Source of the DNA: Octopus vulgaris
Taxonomy: Eukaryota
Direction of reading: 5' to 3'
NCBI GenBank assembly: GCA_951406725.2
Contig: OX597818.1
Span: forward strand, 56,916,001 to 56,980,000
DNA length: 64,000 nucleotides
Under the pieces are notes generated by a model. It saw nothing but the letters and a program-made list of their open reading frames with translations, had not been told where the DNA came from and made no database searches. Positions 1 through 14,714 of the stretch are shown here, one piece after another; the first letter of the stretch is position 1; every line of letters begins with the position of its first letter. A program made the translations under genes and the position numbers.

Positions 1-59
<59 letters not shown>

Positions 60-64
<5 letters not shown>

Positions 65-137
65 TCACTGCTTGGAATCGAGCTTGGAATCTTGTAGTAG
101 CCTGCGCTCTTAACCACCATGCCAAATGCCCATGGGC

Positions 138-168
<31 letters not shown>

Positions 169-382
169 CAACGACAACAACAACATCAACAATAATAACA
201 TCGAAAAATACCTTAGCAATGAGAACCCAGGTTCAAAATTTACCCAAGACACCTGAAGAAGGCTGGAGGGTCTATCAGCCAAAACATTGTGTTAACAACA
301 AACAAGATGAGGACAAATATCCATCAAATGTAAATAATGTAAATAATGTACATAATTCCTTATCTCTTAAAAATAGAACTGT
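60..382. mobile_element. H1 element: tRNA-like head (minus, 60-125), palindrome ATGCCCATGGGCAT, (AAT/AAC)n, then plus-strand body with decayed hammerhead (248-293)
   Basis: Body matches 30935-31142 and 40075-40260; GAAAC has decayed to AAAAC at a CpG; (AATGTAAAT)n tail. Confidence 0.65.
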
Positions 383-848
383 ATTAGGAACATTATCAGT
401 TGAATATTGCTGAAGGTAAAATAGCCCTATCTTGTAAATGTTGAGGTTATTGCCATTGGCAGCGGTGGTGGCACCCACTCGTGCCTCAGCTCGGTTCATC
501 TGGTGCCTCCATGATGCTTAAACCTGACATGGCTCAGAAAGCCAACTCAGGAATGGAACAGTCTTGGGCATTGATCACATGGTAGGGTGGGTCGTGGTCT
601 TAGCTGGAAATTCCGGGCCTTGTGTTGCCTTCTTTTTGCTTTTTCATCAGTCTTTCTCCTCTCCTCAGACGTCATATATGGCACATAAAACTGGCACACT
701 ATCGGTTATGAGCATTCCAGTTGATCCGATCAACAGAACAGTCTACTAGTGAAATTAACATGCATGTGACTGAGTACTCCACAGACAAGCACACCTCAGG
801 GAGATTCAGCGTGACATAGAATATGACAGGGCTGGTCTAATCTATTCT

Positions 849-1455
849 ATTCTTATTTCTTTACTACCCACAAGGTGCTAAACATAGAGGGGACAAACAA
901 GGACAAACAAAAGGATTAAGTTGATTACATCGACCCCAGTGCGTAACTGGTACTTAATTTATTGACCCCAAAAGAGATGTAAAGCAAAGTCGACCTCGGC
1001 GGAATTTGAACTCAGAACGTAACGGCAGATGAAATACCTATTTCTTTACTACCCACAAGGGGCTAAACATAGAGGTGACAAACAAGGACAGACAAAGGGA
1101 TTAAATCGATTACAATGACTCCAGTGCGTAAATGGTACTTAATTTATCGACCCCGAAAGGGATGAAAGCAAAGTCGACCTCGACAGAATTTGAACTCAGA
1201 ACATAATGGCAGACAAAATACCTGTTTCTTTACTACCCACAAGGGGCTAAACACAGAGAAGACAAACAAAGACAGACAAATGGATTAAGTCGATTATATC
1301 GACCCCAGTGCATAACTGGTACTTAATTTATCGACTCTGAAAGGGATGAAAGGCAAAGTCAACCTCGGCGAAATTTGAACTCAGAACGTAACGGCAAACG
1401 AAATACCACTAAGCATTTCACCCGGTGTGCTAACATTTATGCCAGTTCACTGCCT
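849..1455 (-). mobile_element. tRNA-derived SINE family B, head-to-tail trimer (about 184-bp unit)
   Basis: B-box GAGTTCAAATTCC and central CTTTCATCCTTTCGGGGTCGATAAA motif repeated three times; only one full head. Confidence 0.85.
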
Positions 1456-2060
1456 TTGTCTATTCTATTCTGTTTCATATCTGCCTTGTACGTGGAGTTC
1501 ATATCTCTTTCTATCTATCTGTCTGTCTATCTTTCTATCTGTCTGTCTGTCTGTATGTATGTATGTATGTCTATCTTTTTTAGATGAGCAAGCGATGTGT
1601 TCACCTCTTCAGCAAGGCTCCTGCTCGTGTCCCTCCATCTTGGGTTCTTATCCCTCCATTCTAAACCCCAATCAGTTGAGGGGTCTTATCTTGCAGGTAC
1701 TTGGTGGCCTCAGTTGTGCTGGTGTCACGTAAGAAGCACCCACTACACAATGTTGAGTGGTTGGTATCAGGAAGGGCATCCAGGTGTAGAAACAGTGACA
1801 AAACAAATATAGCACCTGGCACAGCTCTGTGGCTCATCTGTTCTTGTTGAACTGTCCAACCCATGCCAGCATGGAGAAGGGGACAATAACTGATGATGAT
1901 GATGATTATGATATGATGATGATATGATGATAATGATGATGATGATGATGATATGATGATGATTATGATGATGATGATGATTGTTATGATGGTTATGCTG
2001 ACGACGATGATGATGATTATGATATGATGATGATATGATGATGATGACAATGATATGATG

Positions 2061-2093
<33 letters not shown>

Positions 2094-2175
2094 GTGATGG
2101 TTATGATGATGGTTATGCTGATGATGATGATGATTATGATATGATGATATGATGATGATGAAGATGAGGATGATG

Positions 2176-2208
<33 letters not shown>

Positions 2209-3724
2209 CATATGTGCCTTTATGTCTGTGTTTGTCCCATCCAACCCTGCTTGACAATCAAGGTCGATTTGTTTGTGTCTCTGTAACTTAGCAGTTCAAC
2301 AAAAGAGACCACTAGAATAAATACCCCACTATAAAGAAAAAAAAACAACAAAAAAACAAACCCAAAAGTACTTGGGGTGGGTGGGTGGATTCATCCCACT
2401 AATATCTTTCAAGGTGGTGCTCCAGCATGGCTACTGACCGATGACTGAAACAAACAACAGATTAAAAAATAAAATGGCTTTTGTTGTTGTTTGATGATAA
2501 AGAGAAAATGTTTATCAATTGTTTAAGTCCTAAATACATTTGATGTCTTCATTGATTGTCTTTCTTGTTGGAGATTGTTTAGTTTCCTGATGAGCTTGGT
2601 GAAGGATGTAGGTGTTGTTTGCTAATGTTTTCTCTTGTCATATATGAATGTCTTGTTTACTAATGTTCTTCTTGTCGTGTTTTGTTTCGTGTTGTGTCGT
2701 GGAGTCCATTACAATTAGAAAATTATGCGTTGCTTAATGAATTAGGGAAAACATTTTAATTAAAAAAATAGCTAAAATCTAGAAAAACAGTTATGTTTTC
2801 AATATTTCTCTTTCTCTCTCTGTCTCTTACTGTCTCTGTCTGTCTGTCTGTCTCTCTTGAATACATATTTACATATTTACACACACACACTTATGCACAC
2901 ACACTTACACGCACACACACTTACACGCACTCACTCACACAGATGCTCATGCTCACACAAACATGCACACACACACAAATACTTATGCACACACACACAC
3001 ATAGACATGATACACTTGCACACTCACACATGCATGCACACATACACACAAATGCACACACAAACACTTAAATATATATGCAGAAACACACACCCATAAA
3101 CTCTCACACGAACACACACACACATACACACACTCACATGCTCATGCTCACACAAACATGCACACACACATACACAAATACTTATGCACACACACGCTCA
3201 CAAACACACTCACACACATGCAAGCACACACACACACACACACATGACATATATTTTCAGAATCGTATACACGTGATACAAGTTTTAATCCCATGTCGAA
3301 TGGTGAAACTGAAACTCTTCCACAATGGTGGAGTCATGATTATTGGTTGTATCTCGCAGAAAATCAATCATCTTTTATTGTTTACTTGTTGTCATCATTG
3401 TCGTCGTCGTCGTCATCGCCCTCCTCCCCCTCCCTCCTCCTCCTCCTCCTCATCATCATCATCATCACTGCCATCATTATTGACATCACCCTTAAGGTTG
3501 GCGATTTGGCAGAATCGTTAGTATGCTGGGCGAAAGATCTAGCGGTGTTTTGTCTGTCTTTATGTTCTGAGTTCGAATTCCGTTGAGGTCGACTTTGCCT
3601 TTCATCCTTTTGGGGTTGATAAATCAAGTACCAGTGGCATAATGGGGGTCAATCTGATCAACTGACTCCCTCCCCCAAATTTTTGAACCTTATACCTAGA
3701 GTAGAAAAGATTATTATTATTATT

Positions 3725-4140
3725 GGGTGAGAGAGCAGTGCATGCCATCAAAGTGGCACTGGGGTAAAATATACAAAGCCCAGAATACCCATCATGACTA
3801 CCCGTCTGATAAAGATACACAAGGCACATGCATTACAACCATATGTGCGTGATATGGTGATCTCATATCAAAATTAACAGTGCATGACCTTGCAGGTGGG
3901 GCCCAGTTAGAATTTTTTTCAGGTTGAGTAGCCCATCACGCTCAAGATGGCCCTGAATAAGGGTTGTTTAAGGATGTTGAACAAAACACCCATGTTTCCA
4001 AAGGTGACTTCTCCAAACCCCAAAGAATTCCTCTCAACACATGGCTATGATGTTCTCCCACTACTTCTGCTCGTGATCAGAGGTGCACATATTGTCAGCT
4101 CCTAAGGGACATGCCCAACTGGTTAAGGTCAAGCAAATGA
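3725..4140 (-). mobile_element. Family D interspersed repeat (about 460 bp) ending in CTCTCTCACTC(AAT)n
   Basis: Near-identical copies at 40874-41335 and 47295-47760, all abutting (TAA)n. Strand inferred from the tail. Confidence 0.8.
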
Positions 4141-4184
4141 CATGCATAACTGCCTGATTTGGCAGGGTTTCTACGGCTGAGGAT

Positions 4185-4340
4185 CAGTTAACAATGATTT
4201 TATTCAACATATTCCCCTCTCAGATTCACACGCTTATTGCAGTGGTCCTTCAGTTTTTCTAAGCCCTGTAAAAGAACTCGGAAGTTTGGGCCACCAATCA
4301 AGCCTTTTGTGATGGCATTAAAGCCATAAACTTTTCAGTA
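4185..4340 (-). mobile_element. mariner transposase C-terminal relic
   Basis: Minus strand GLEKLKDHCNKRVNLRGEYVE-stop, the typical mariner C-terminus. Confidence 0.65.
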
Positions 4341-4741
4341 CCCCCTCGTACATGAAGACAATGTTCAAATGTGATCCTTGAAAATCAAGATAATGGTGAC
4401 CTATCTGAGAAATAAACCTCAAGAGGTGGAGTGGTTGCTGCAGTGAGTGTCACTGGCCATTCTCCATGGTAGTGTGCCATTGTGGTTATACTTCTTTTTA
4501 AGTCTGGTAGTTATTCCGTCAGTTTCATTTTGCTGTACTGTTATTTTATGCTTTTGGGATGTAAACAAACCAATGCTGGTAATCTTAAGTAGTGAGGTGG
4601 AAAAAACACAAAATACACACACACACACAAATAAACACACAGACACATACATATACATACACACTCATACACACATACACACACATACATACACATATAC
4701 ATATACACAAACACACACACATACACACACACATACACACA

Positions 4742-4799
<58 letters not shown>

Positions 4800-5343
4800 C
4801 ACACAACAAACTCGTACACTGCTGAATTCACTCCCAAGACATTTGTTGGCCTGGGACTATTATAAAAGACACTTGCCCAAGGTGCCACACACCGGAACTG
4901 AACCCAAAACCACATGACTACAAAGCAAACTTCTTAACCCCACAGCCAAGCCTGCACCTGTAGGAATATGTGCCCTAAGGCATTTTTCATTTATTTATTC
5001 TTATTTATTTTTTCCGTCTGAGGAATTTCCATAGTATTCAAATAATTCTTATTTGAAATGATAATGGTCATTTTTAAAAAGCTATTTTTCATGTTTAATT
5101 GTGACATTGGATTGTTAGAGAGACGTATGGTGAAATTATTCAAAGTAACAGGATTAAGTTTTAGTTAAAAAGAAAAATATACAAGAATAAAAAATTGCAG
5201 TAGAAACCAGTTGATGAAAAGAGCCAGAGATTTAGAGCCAAAAAAAATATTTGCAAAAAGTGAAATGTTAGAGAAAAAAAACATAGTTAAACATCTAAGG
5301 TTGTTAAAAAAACAAAGATATATTGTAGTAAAAAAAAAGTATT

Positions 5344-5731
5344 GCACAGGAGTGGCTGTGTAGTAAGTAGCTTGCTAACCAACCACATGGTTCCGGGTTC
5401 AGTCCGACTGCGTGGCATCTTGGGCAAGTGTCTTCTGTTATAGCTCCGGGCCGACTAAAGCCTTGTGAGTGGATTTGGTAGACGGAAACTGAAAGAAGCC
5501 TGTCGTATATATGTATATATGTATGTGTGTGTGTGTTTGTCCCCCTAGCATTGCTTGACAACCAATGCTGGTGTGTTTACGTCCCCGTCACTTAGCGGTT
5601 CGGCAAAAGAGACCGATAGAATAAGTACTGGGCTTAGAAAAGAATAAGACCCGGGGTCGAGTTGCTCGATTAAAGGCGGTGCTCCAGCATGGCCACAGTT
5701 AAATGACTAAAACAAGTAAAAGAGTAAAAGA
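5344..5731 (+). mobile_element. tRNA-derived SINE family A, full length (about 400 bp, internal (TA)n(TG)n, (GTAAAAGA)n tail)
   Basis: A-box TGGCTGTGTRG, B-box GGTTCAGTCC, followed by CTTGGGCAAGT (CORE-like); more than 20 full or partial copies in the window, e.g. 7437-7824, 8838-9192, 30115-30790, 43322-43710, 49033-49360. Confidence 0.9.
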
Positions 5732-6039
5732 GTATTGAGAAAATAAATATCTGAAAAATAAACATATGCATAGGTGTGACTGTGTGGTTAGAAATTTGCT
5801 TCCCAACCACATGGTTCTGGGTTCAGTCCCACTGCATGACACCTTGGGCAAGTGTCTTCTACTATAGCCTTGGGCTGACCAAATCCGTGTGAGTGGATTT
5901 GGTAGACAGAAACTGAAAGAAGCCCGTTGTATATTTATATGTGTGTGTGTGTGTCCCCTCCCCACCATCGCATGACAACCGATGCTGGTATGTTTATGTC
6001 CAGATGGGGGAAGTTATGAACCACCATCACTTGACAAAA

Positions 6040-6555
6040 AGGATGAAAGGCAAAGTTGACCTCGGTGGAATTTGAACTCATAACGTAAAGACAGACGAAA
6101 TTTTCGCTAAGCATTTCACCCGGTGTGCTAATGTTTCTGCCAGCTCACTGCCTTATATACTTTTCTACTCTTTGTACAAGGCCTGAAATTTTGGGGGAGG
6201 GGGCTAGTTGATTAGATGACTCAGTACGCAACTGGTACTTAATTTAACGACCCTGAAAAGGGTGGAAGGTAAAGTCGACCTTGGTGGAATTTGAACTCAG
6301 AACGTAAAGACAGACGAAATACCTATTTCTTTACTACCCAAAAGGGGCTAAACACAGAGAGGACAAACAAAGACAGACAAATGGATTAAGTCGATTATAT
6401 CAACCCCAGTGCGTAACTGGTACTTATTTAATCGACCCCGAAAAGATGAAAGGCAAAGTTGACCTCGGTGGAATTTGAACTCAGAACATAAAGACAGATG
6501 AAATACAGCTAAGTATTTCACCTGGCGTGCTAACGATTCTGCCAGCTTGCCACTT
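6040..6555 (-). mobile_element. SINE family B cluster (partial copy plus dimer)
   Basis: Same motifs as 849-1455. Further copies near 3495-3715, 10515-10885, 12005-12420, 13720-13945, 29365-29577. Confidence 0.8.
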
Positions 6556-8393
6556 TAATGAACTGAATGTATTATGAGCAGATATCCATCATAAAAGAGA
6601 AGTCCTCATACAATGAATCAGAACAGTGATTAGCATATTTACTTTAGAATAAAATAAGCCATCATTCAAATATATATAAGATTCTGCAAAAAAATGTTGA
6701 TAATAAACAAGGAAGCTTTGCTAATGGCAAAAATCCAAACCTGAATTAGACTCTGTGAAAGATCTCACATAAAAGTATGAGTGATATCATGAAATCTATC
6801 AGGAGTTACTGTGATATGATTGCAAATCTGGTGTGGATTTTATTATTTATAAATATTATTCCCAAGACCGTTTGTGTCTTAACAGCAGAACGAATGGACA
6901 ACACTCCATTAACGACATTTTATGAAAATGAGGTTGTTAAAGTCTCTAAACATCAGACTAATGGATTTTGTAATGTTATTGTTACAATCCAAACATCAAG
7001 GAGAAATAAGGAAATATGGAAAAAATTGTTAATAAAAAACATCAGACTTGAACTTCAAATAGACATGTTTGTTATATAATAATGTGTTTTAAAAAAGGAG
7101 ATATTCTTTAGTTACACACACACACACACACACCCACATCATGCACACACGAAGGCTCAGTCATAGTTGAGTGGTTAAAAGTATACTTCTGAACCTTGTA
7201 GTTTCAGGTTCAGTTCCACTGCGTGGTACCTTGGGCAAGTGTCTTCTGCTATGGTGCCTGGTTGGTCAAAGCCATTTTCAATGGATTTGATAGATGGGAA
7301 GTGAAAGATACCAGTTATATGTGTGGGTGTGTATTTTTATATGTATGTGTGTGTTCAAGGATTTGTGGATACGTGGTATTTGTTCAGGGTTTCGTGGGTG
7401 TTTGTGTCCCCTTGTCTTGACATTATGTGACAGACAGAGTGGCTGTGTGGTAAGTAGCTTGCTTAACAACCACATGGTTCCAAGTTCAGTCACACTGTGT
7501 GGAACCTCGAGCAAGTGTCTTCTACTATAGCCTCGGGCCGACCAAAGACTTGTGAGTGGATTTGGTAGACGGAAACTGAAAGAAGCCTGTCGTATATATG
7601 TATATATATGTGTGTGTGTGTATATGTTTGTGTGTCTGTGTTTGTTGCTTGACAACCGATGGTGGTGTGCTTACGTCCCCGTAACTTAGCAGTTCGGCAA
7701 AAGAGACCGATAGAATAAGTACTAGGCTTTCAAAGAATAAGTCTTGGGGCTGATTTGCTCGACTAAAGGCGGTGCTCCAGCATGGCCGCAGTCAAATGAC
7801 AGAAACAAGTAAAAGAGTAAAAGAGACCAAGACCATCGAAGAGCCTTGAACCATTTTGAAATTTCTTGAGGCAGATTTTCTACAGCTGGATGCCTTTCCT
7901 GTTGCCAACCTTTACCTGCTTCCAAGCAAGTCATTTTTCCCTCGGCCAGACTTGGTTTCCACAGAAGAGTGGAAATGAACGATCTCACATGAATGATAAT
8001 AATGCTCATTTACAGTCATCATGCGATATCTAGACAGAGGTGTACACACACAGACACACACACACAGATAGATAACAAATGGAGAGGAATGGACAACGAG
8101 AGTTCAATCCATGCACATATTAAACAGTTATTGATCATTCATTTTCGTTTATTATATTTCTTTAGCATGTGATGTGACGTGCAGCTGATGTTGCTACGGA
8201 GACTGGAGTTGTGGAATATGTGATATCGTTAAATGATTGTGATTACGTTAATTAACCTTGTGATTCGATGATAAAAATGGGAATATTAATTTATTTGTAT
8301 TCCTACAGCATACACCACTAACCAATTCAATTACATGCTGCATGTTACTGAACTAATAACCAGCAAGGTCCAAACCAATTGATATATATGTAT

Positions 8394-8432
<39 letters not shown>

Positions 8433-8787
8433 ATATACATATGTACATATGTATGTATATATACATATGTATATAAGTATATATGTATATATATATATGT
8501 ATGTATATATATATATATATATAAGTATATATGTATATATATGTATATAGGTATATATGTATGTGAATATGTATGTGTGTGTGTGTGTGTGTATGTGTAT
8601 ATATATATATATATCTATACATATATATATATATATATGTATGTATATAAGTATATAAATATATATATATATATATGTATGTATATAAGTATATAAATAT
8701 ATATATATATATATGTATGTATATATGTATATATATATATATATATATGTATGTATATATGTATATATATATATGTGTGTATATATA

Positions 8788-8830
<43 letters not shown>

Positions 8831-9580
8831 CATACATAGGCGTAGGAGTGGGTGTGTGATAAGTAGCTTGATTACCAACCACATGGTTCCAGGTTCAGTC
8901 CCACTGTGTGGCACTTTGGGCAAGTGTCTTCTACTATTATCTCAAGCCAACCAAAGCCTTGTGAGTGGGATTTGGTGGATGGAAACTGAAAGAAGCCCGT
9001 CGTATATATGTATGTGTATATGTTTGTGTGTCTGTGGTTGTCTCCCCCAACATCGCTTGATAACTGACGCTGGTGTGTTTACGTCCCCCGTAACTAGGCT
9101 TACAAAGAATAAGTCCTGGGGTCAATTTTCTCAACTAAAGGCGGTGCTCCAGCATGGTCACAGTCAAATGACTGAAACAAGTAAAAGAGTATACATTCAC
9201 ATATATAGTTAAATGGAGACCAATAGAATAAGTATCAGGCTTAAAAAAAAAAGATACTAGCGTTGATTCATTGAACTAAAGTTGTTCAAGGTAGTGCCCC
9301 AGCATGGCCACAGTCAAATGTCTGAGACAAGTAAAAGATAGGAGATAATAGATATTGTATCAGTACAAATACAGCATGAGAAAGAAAATGTTGCAGTGAA
9401 CATGAAATGAAGGAAATGTGATTATTTTTTCTTTCATTGAAAGAGACACCAGTAGTTTGTAAGTCACACCCATAATTTAATATGACCTTTGAACAACAAT
9501 TTCATGGTAAATCTTAATAAAAACGCTTGATAACCAGATTATAGTATTGTGCTGGGCAGGGTATGAATAACATGTATTTT

Positions 9581-10310
9581 TTAACCCTTTCATTACCATA
9601 TTTCTGTTGAGATGCGCTGTGTTTCTTTCTATTACTTTAAATATAACAAAGAATTTAGTAATATAACTTAGTTATCATTCAGCTAGTGTTAGGAACATAA
9701 ATTGTGATTAAGGTTTGGTGGAAGATTCTAATTCAGAACTTTTGAAAACAAGACATTACTACAGAGCCAGAGGTGGTGTCAGCCAGGTTGGTATTGAAAG
9801 GGTTAAGAATTGTTTCTCTATTATATATTTTAACCCTTTTGTTACCATATTTCTGTTGAGATGCTCTGTGTTTCTTTCAATTACTTTAAATATAACAAAG
9901 AATTTAGTAAAATAACTTAGTTATCATTAATCTAGTGTTAGGAACATAAATTGTGATTAAGGTTTGGTGGAAGATTCTAATTCAAAACTTATGAAAACAA
10001 GACATTTGTACTACAGAACCAGAGGCGATTTCAGCCAGGTTGGTATCAAAAGGGTTAAGAATTATTTCTCTGTTATATATTTTAACCCTTTCATTACCAT
10101 ATTTCTGTTGAGATGCTCTGTGTTTCTTTCAGTTACTTTAAATATAACAAAGAATTTAGTAAAATAACTTAGTTATCATTCAGCTAGTGTTAGGAACATA
10201 ACTTGTGACTAAGGTTTGGTGGAAGATTCTAATTCAGAACTTATGAAAACAAGACATTTGTACTACAAAGCCACAGCTGGTTTCAGCTGGGTTGATAATG
10301 AAAGGGTTAA
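9581..10310. mobile_element. Three tandem piggyBac-type MITEs (9585-9802, 9834-10054, 10086-10306)
   Basis: Each unit is TTAA-CCCTTT...AAAGGG-TTAA; units are separated by a shared spacer of about 23 nt between the TTAA sites. Diverged relative near 36966-37392. Confidence 0.85.
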
Positions 10311-11292
10311 AGGGTTTGTTATAGTTGCAAGCAGATGACAAAAGTTGGGTGAGTTTGCTATTCTTAGGGATAACCTCTGGAGCAAAAATCCTTGATCTGA
10401 AATATGTCTAGCATGTTGCAGAGCTTGAAATAACGAGAGCTGCTATATGGTTGCTCGGTGTGCTGGAAATAGCATCCAGATCTCCCTAAAATCACACCCC
10501 ACTATCTTAAATAATCCTTTCTACTATAAGCACAAGGCTTGAAATTTAGAGGGGGTGGGCATTCAATTAGATTGACATCAGTACGCAACAGGTACTTAAT
10601 TTATCAACTCCGAAAAGATGAAAGGCAAAGTTGACCTTGGCGGAATTTGAACTCAGACCGTAACAGCAGATGAAATACCTATTTCTTTACTGCCCACAAG
10701 GAGCTAAACATAGAGAGGACAAACAAGGACAGACAAATGAATTAAGTCGATTACATCAACCCCAGTGCGTAACTGGTACTTAATTTATCGACCCCGAAAA
10801 GATGAAAGGCAGAGTTGACCTCAGCAGAATTTAAACTCACAACGTAATGGCAGACGAAATACCGCTAAGCATTTCGCCCAGTGTGCACGAAGAGTTATAG
10901 GCAGGCAATTTAAACTGGTTGTGTGCATACGTGCATATATATGTATGTATACGTTTGTATATGTAAGTATTCGTATGTTATATGTATATATATGTGTATT
11001 TATGCTACTTTCTGCATATATTCCACTGATGAGGCAAAGCATTTCTTATGCAAAGCCAGAAATCCGGGATCTGGAATTATCCAGTCATTTTTTGCTAGTT
11101 TATTTTGTCTTTTTGTCTTCTCTCCTGGTGCTCTATGAACACTTAATGTGGTTTTAGAGTCAGGTTTTGGCTGCTATTTCCACCATGGCAGTATCTCTTA
11201 GATACCCTAAATTATAATTTTAATATATATATGTATTTATATATATATATGTACACACACACACATATATATATATATGTATATATTGTTGG

Positions 11293-11502
11293 ATCAGGTG
11301 GTGAAAGTCACAGAGAGAGGGTCGTAGCCCAACTAATTCAGGAGTGGGTTAGTTTAGATGAGATGCAGTTTGGGTTTGTGCCAAGCAAAAGCAGCACTGA
11401 TGCATTTCTGGTAAGGCTGCTGCAGGATAAATTCATAGCCAAAGCTAAACCTCTGTACTTGAATTTCGTTGACATGGAGAAAGCTTTTGACAGAGTTCCC
11501 TG
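11293..11502 (+). mobile_element. Non-LTR retrotransposon (RTE-like) reverse transcriptase fragment
   Basis: QFGFVPSKSSTDA...LYLNFVDMEKAFDRVP motifs. Confidence 0.88.
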
Positions 11503-11617
11503 ATCCTTTAAAAGTACACATACACGCTGACACACAAACACACACACTTGACCTACATAAATATATATATATATATATACAAACACACATATATGCACAC
11601 ACTCACACACACATAAA

Positions 11618-11674
<57 letters not shown>

Positions 11675-12666
11675 ACATATATATGTGTGTGTGTGTGTGT
11701 GTATGTATTGAAAAGGTTGAAATATATTTCATCCTTTACTTTGGAGGGTTCCAAAGCCCGATTTCTAACAAAGATTCTTCTGATTTTACTGGTAGCTTAC
11801 AGTGATATGTTATTAAATTAATTTTAATTATTCTATCATTTATTTACATGTTAATATCACTGTTTGAAACGATTGTATGCATGTATTAAAATTCTTTCAA
11901 ATTTTAACATCATCTCTTCTCCATTTTTAACAAATTTGTTGAGTTTCTACAGGATACATTTCCATAAATTCTCATAACACCCCATATATATATATGTATT
12001 GATATACAGCAGAAGCAAGATGGTGAGATGACAGAATCGTCAGCATGCTGGGAAAAATGCTTTGCAGCATTTTGTCTTTCATCTGTCTTCACATTCTGAG
12101 TTCAAATACCAGTGAAGTCAGCTTTGCCTTTCATTCTTTTGGGGGTTGACAATAGAAGTACCAGTTGAACACTGGGGTTGTTCTAACCTATTTCTTTACT
12201 ACCCACAAGGGGCTAAACACAGAGAGGACAGACAAGGACAGACACACGGATTAAGTCGATTACATCAACCCCAGTGCATAACTGGTACTTATTTAATCGA
12301 CCCCGAAAGGATGAAAGGCAAAGTTGACCTCGGCGGAATTTGAACTCAGAATGTAGCGGCAGACGAAATACCGCTAAGCATTTTGCCTAGTGTGCTAATG
12401 TTTCTGCCAGCTCACCGCCTAAGTTGTTCTAACCATCTTACCTTCTGCCATGAAATTGCTGGTCTTGTTGCCAAAATCTGAAATAAATATTCAGCAGAAA
12501 GGATAGAATGATTTAAGGGCTGAAAGGTTCATCCATTATCACTTGGCAAAAACTTTTTGTAATTGCTAATGCATAAAACTCTTAGCTGTTGTGTTACCAT
12601 GTTGCTTCTGCTGAACTGTCCAAGCCATACCAGCATGGAAAATGGACCTTAAATGATAATGTGATA

Positions 12667-12830
12667 TACCGTATTTTAATGTGTTTAAGGAAACCCTAAT
12701 TTTGGGGGCTTAAAACTTGGAAAAAGGTTTTGTAAGGGAGTATAATACTATCCATATATAAGAAACTCCCATATTTTTTCAGCCTAATTTTTAACAAAAA
12801 AGGGTTCCTTATACACGTTAAAATACAGTA
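12667..12830. mobile_element. Tc1/mariner-pogo-type MITE
   Basis: TIRs TACCGTATTTTAATGTGTTTAAGGAAACCC / GGGTTCCTTATACACGTTAAAATACAGTA, TA at both ends. Confidence 0.7.
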
Positions 12831-14554
12831 CGTAGGTTAAAATAGAAAGTGAATAGCAAAACATTTGACATCATTTGAAAACATAGCGCTAAGAGTACCA
12901 TCAATGCGTAATCGTTGCCAGAGGAGCTGACCGGCTTCTGTGCCAGTGGCACGTAAAAAGCACCATTCGAGCATGATCGTTACCAGCGTCGCCTTAATGG
13001 CACTTCTGCCGGTGGCACGTGAAAAGACATTTGAGTGAGGTTGTTGCCAGTACTGCTAGACTGGCTCCTGTGCAGGTGGCACTTAAAAAACACCATTTGA
13101 GCATGACCGTTGCCAGTACCTCCTGACTCACCCTTGTGCCAGTGGCATGTAAAAGCACCCACTACACTCTCGGAGTGGTTGGCATTAGGAAGGGCATCCA
13201 GCTGTAGAAACTCTGCCAAATCAGATTGGAACCTGGTGCAGCCATCTGGTTCACCAGACACCAATCAAATCGTCCAACCCATGCTAGTGTAGAAAGTGGA
13301 CGTTTCTACAGCTGGATGCCCTTCCTAACGCCAACCACTCCGTGAGTGTGGTAGGTGCTTTTTACGTGCCACCTGTACAGGTGCCAGGGGAAGCTGGAAA
13401 TGGCCACAATCGGTTGGTGCTTTTTACGTGCCACCGGCACGGAAGCCAGTTTGGGCGGCGCTGGTATCAGCCACGTATGGATGGTGCTTTTAATGTGCCA
13501 CTGGCACAGGTATCACAACTACAATTTGCATTTGATTTGATCAGAGAGAGAATTATATACATTAGGTGGTTCCCTGATTGTGTAAATAATAAGGCGAGGT
13601 CCATTAACAGTTCCGTATTTATATATCAATGAATATGAATGTTTTATCCTTGTACAAGAGAGATATAGTTTTTAACTCCACATCAAAGCCATACCTGTAT
13701 GGAATAGTGGACATGAAATAACCCTTTTTACAATGGGCACAAAACCTGAAATTGTGAGGAAGGGGTCTAATCGATTATGTTGACCCTAGTGCACAATGCT
13801 GGACCTTATTTCATTGAGCTTGAAAGCAATCCTGTCAGAGTTCACCTCAGCTGTATTTGATCTCAGGACATAAAGCCAAACTGGAAGAAATCCTTTTAAG
13901 CAGGTTCTCTGGTCAGCCAACAATTAAGGCAGCTCACTGCTGCCGCCATGAAATAATCATCACACACACATGCAACACGCGTGCGTGTACACACACACAG
14001 GCACATTCACTCAAAACACAACACGCACACACAAAGCACAACACACACACAAAACATAACATACACACAGACACAGACACATACATATACACACAAAACA
14101 CAATGCACACACACAAAGCATAACACACACAAAACAAAACACAACATACACACACACAAAGCACAACAAGCATACATACACACACACAAAACACAACACA
14201 ACATACACACACACACAACACAACACACACACACAAAACACAACACAACATACACACACACACACAGCACAACACACACACAAAACACAACACAACACAC
14301 ACACACACACACGAAACACACACACACACACAAACAACATACATACACATTTATAGAGAGTGAAAGACAGAGATGGAAACAAGGAGAGAGAAAAAGAGAG
14401 GCCAACAGGCAAAGCGAAAGAGAGTGAAATCCCGTTGTAGAAATTGATGGCTATAAATACCAAAATCATGGAATTACAAAGTTTCATTTTATATGCTGCT
14501 TCTTTCTTGTTTGTTCTCAGTCTTTCATTTATTCTTTTTACCATTTATTTCCAG

Positions 14555-14607
14555 TTTTATCAGCAGCACTGAGTTCAGTAGTTCATCGTACAAAATCTGA
14601 CCCATGG
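14555..14607 (+). CDS. Probable RasGRP start-codon exon (5'UTR plus ATG G at 14604-14607)
   Basis: Pyrimidine tract + CCAG acceptor (ends 14554) and strong donor G|GTGAGT (14608). ATG G joins AG at 16339 to give M-E-V-T-C-R in the frame of the next exon; an in-frame TGA lies at 14598-14600. An alternative fully coding frame (LSAALSSVVHRTKSDPW) cannot be excluded. Confidence 0.55.
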
Positions 14608-14714
14608 GTGAGTATTATCACTGTCATGCTTTTCTGAAAAAAATATCTTTATTGCATGTTTTTCATAAACATTAGCATTGTTAAATATAGACTTCCAACA
14701 GGCAAATCATTCTC

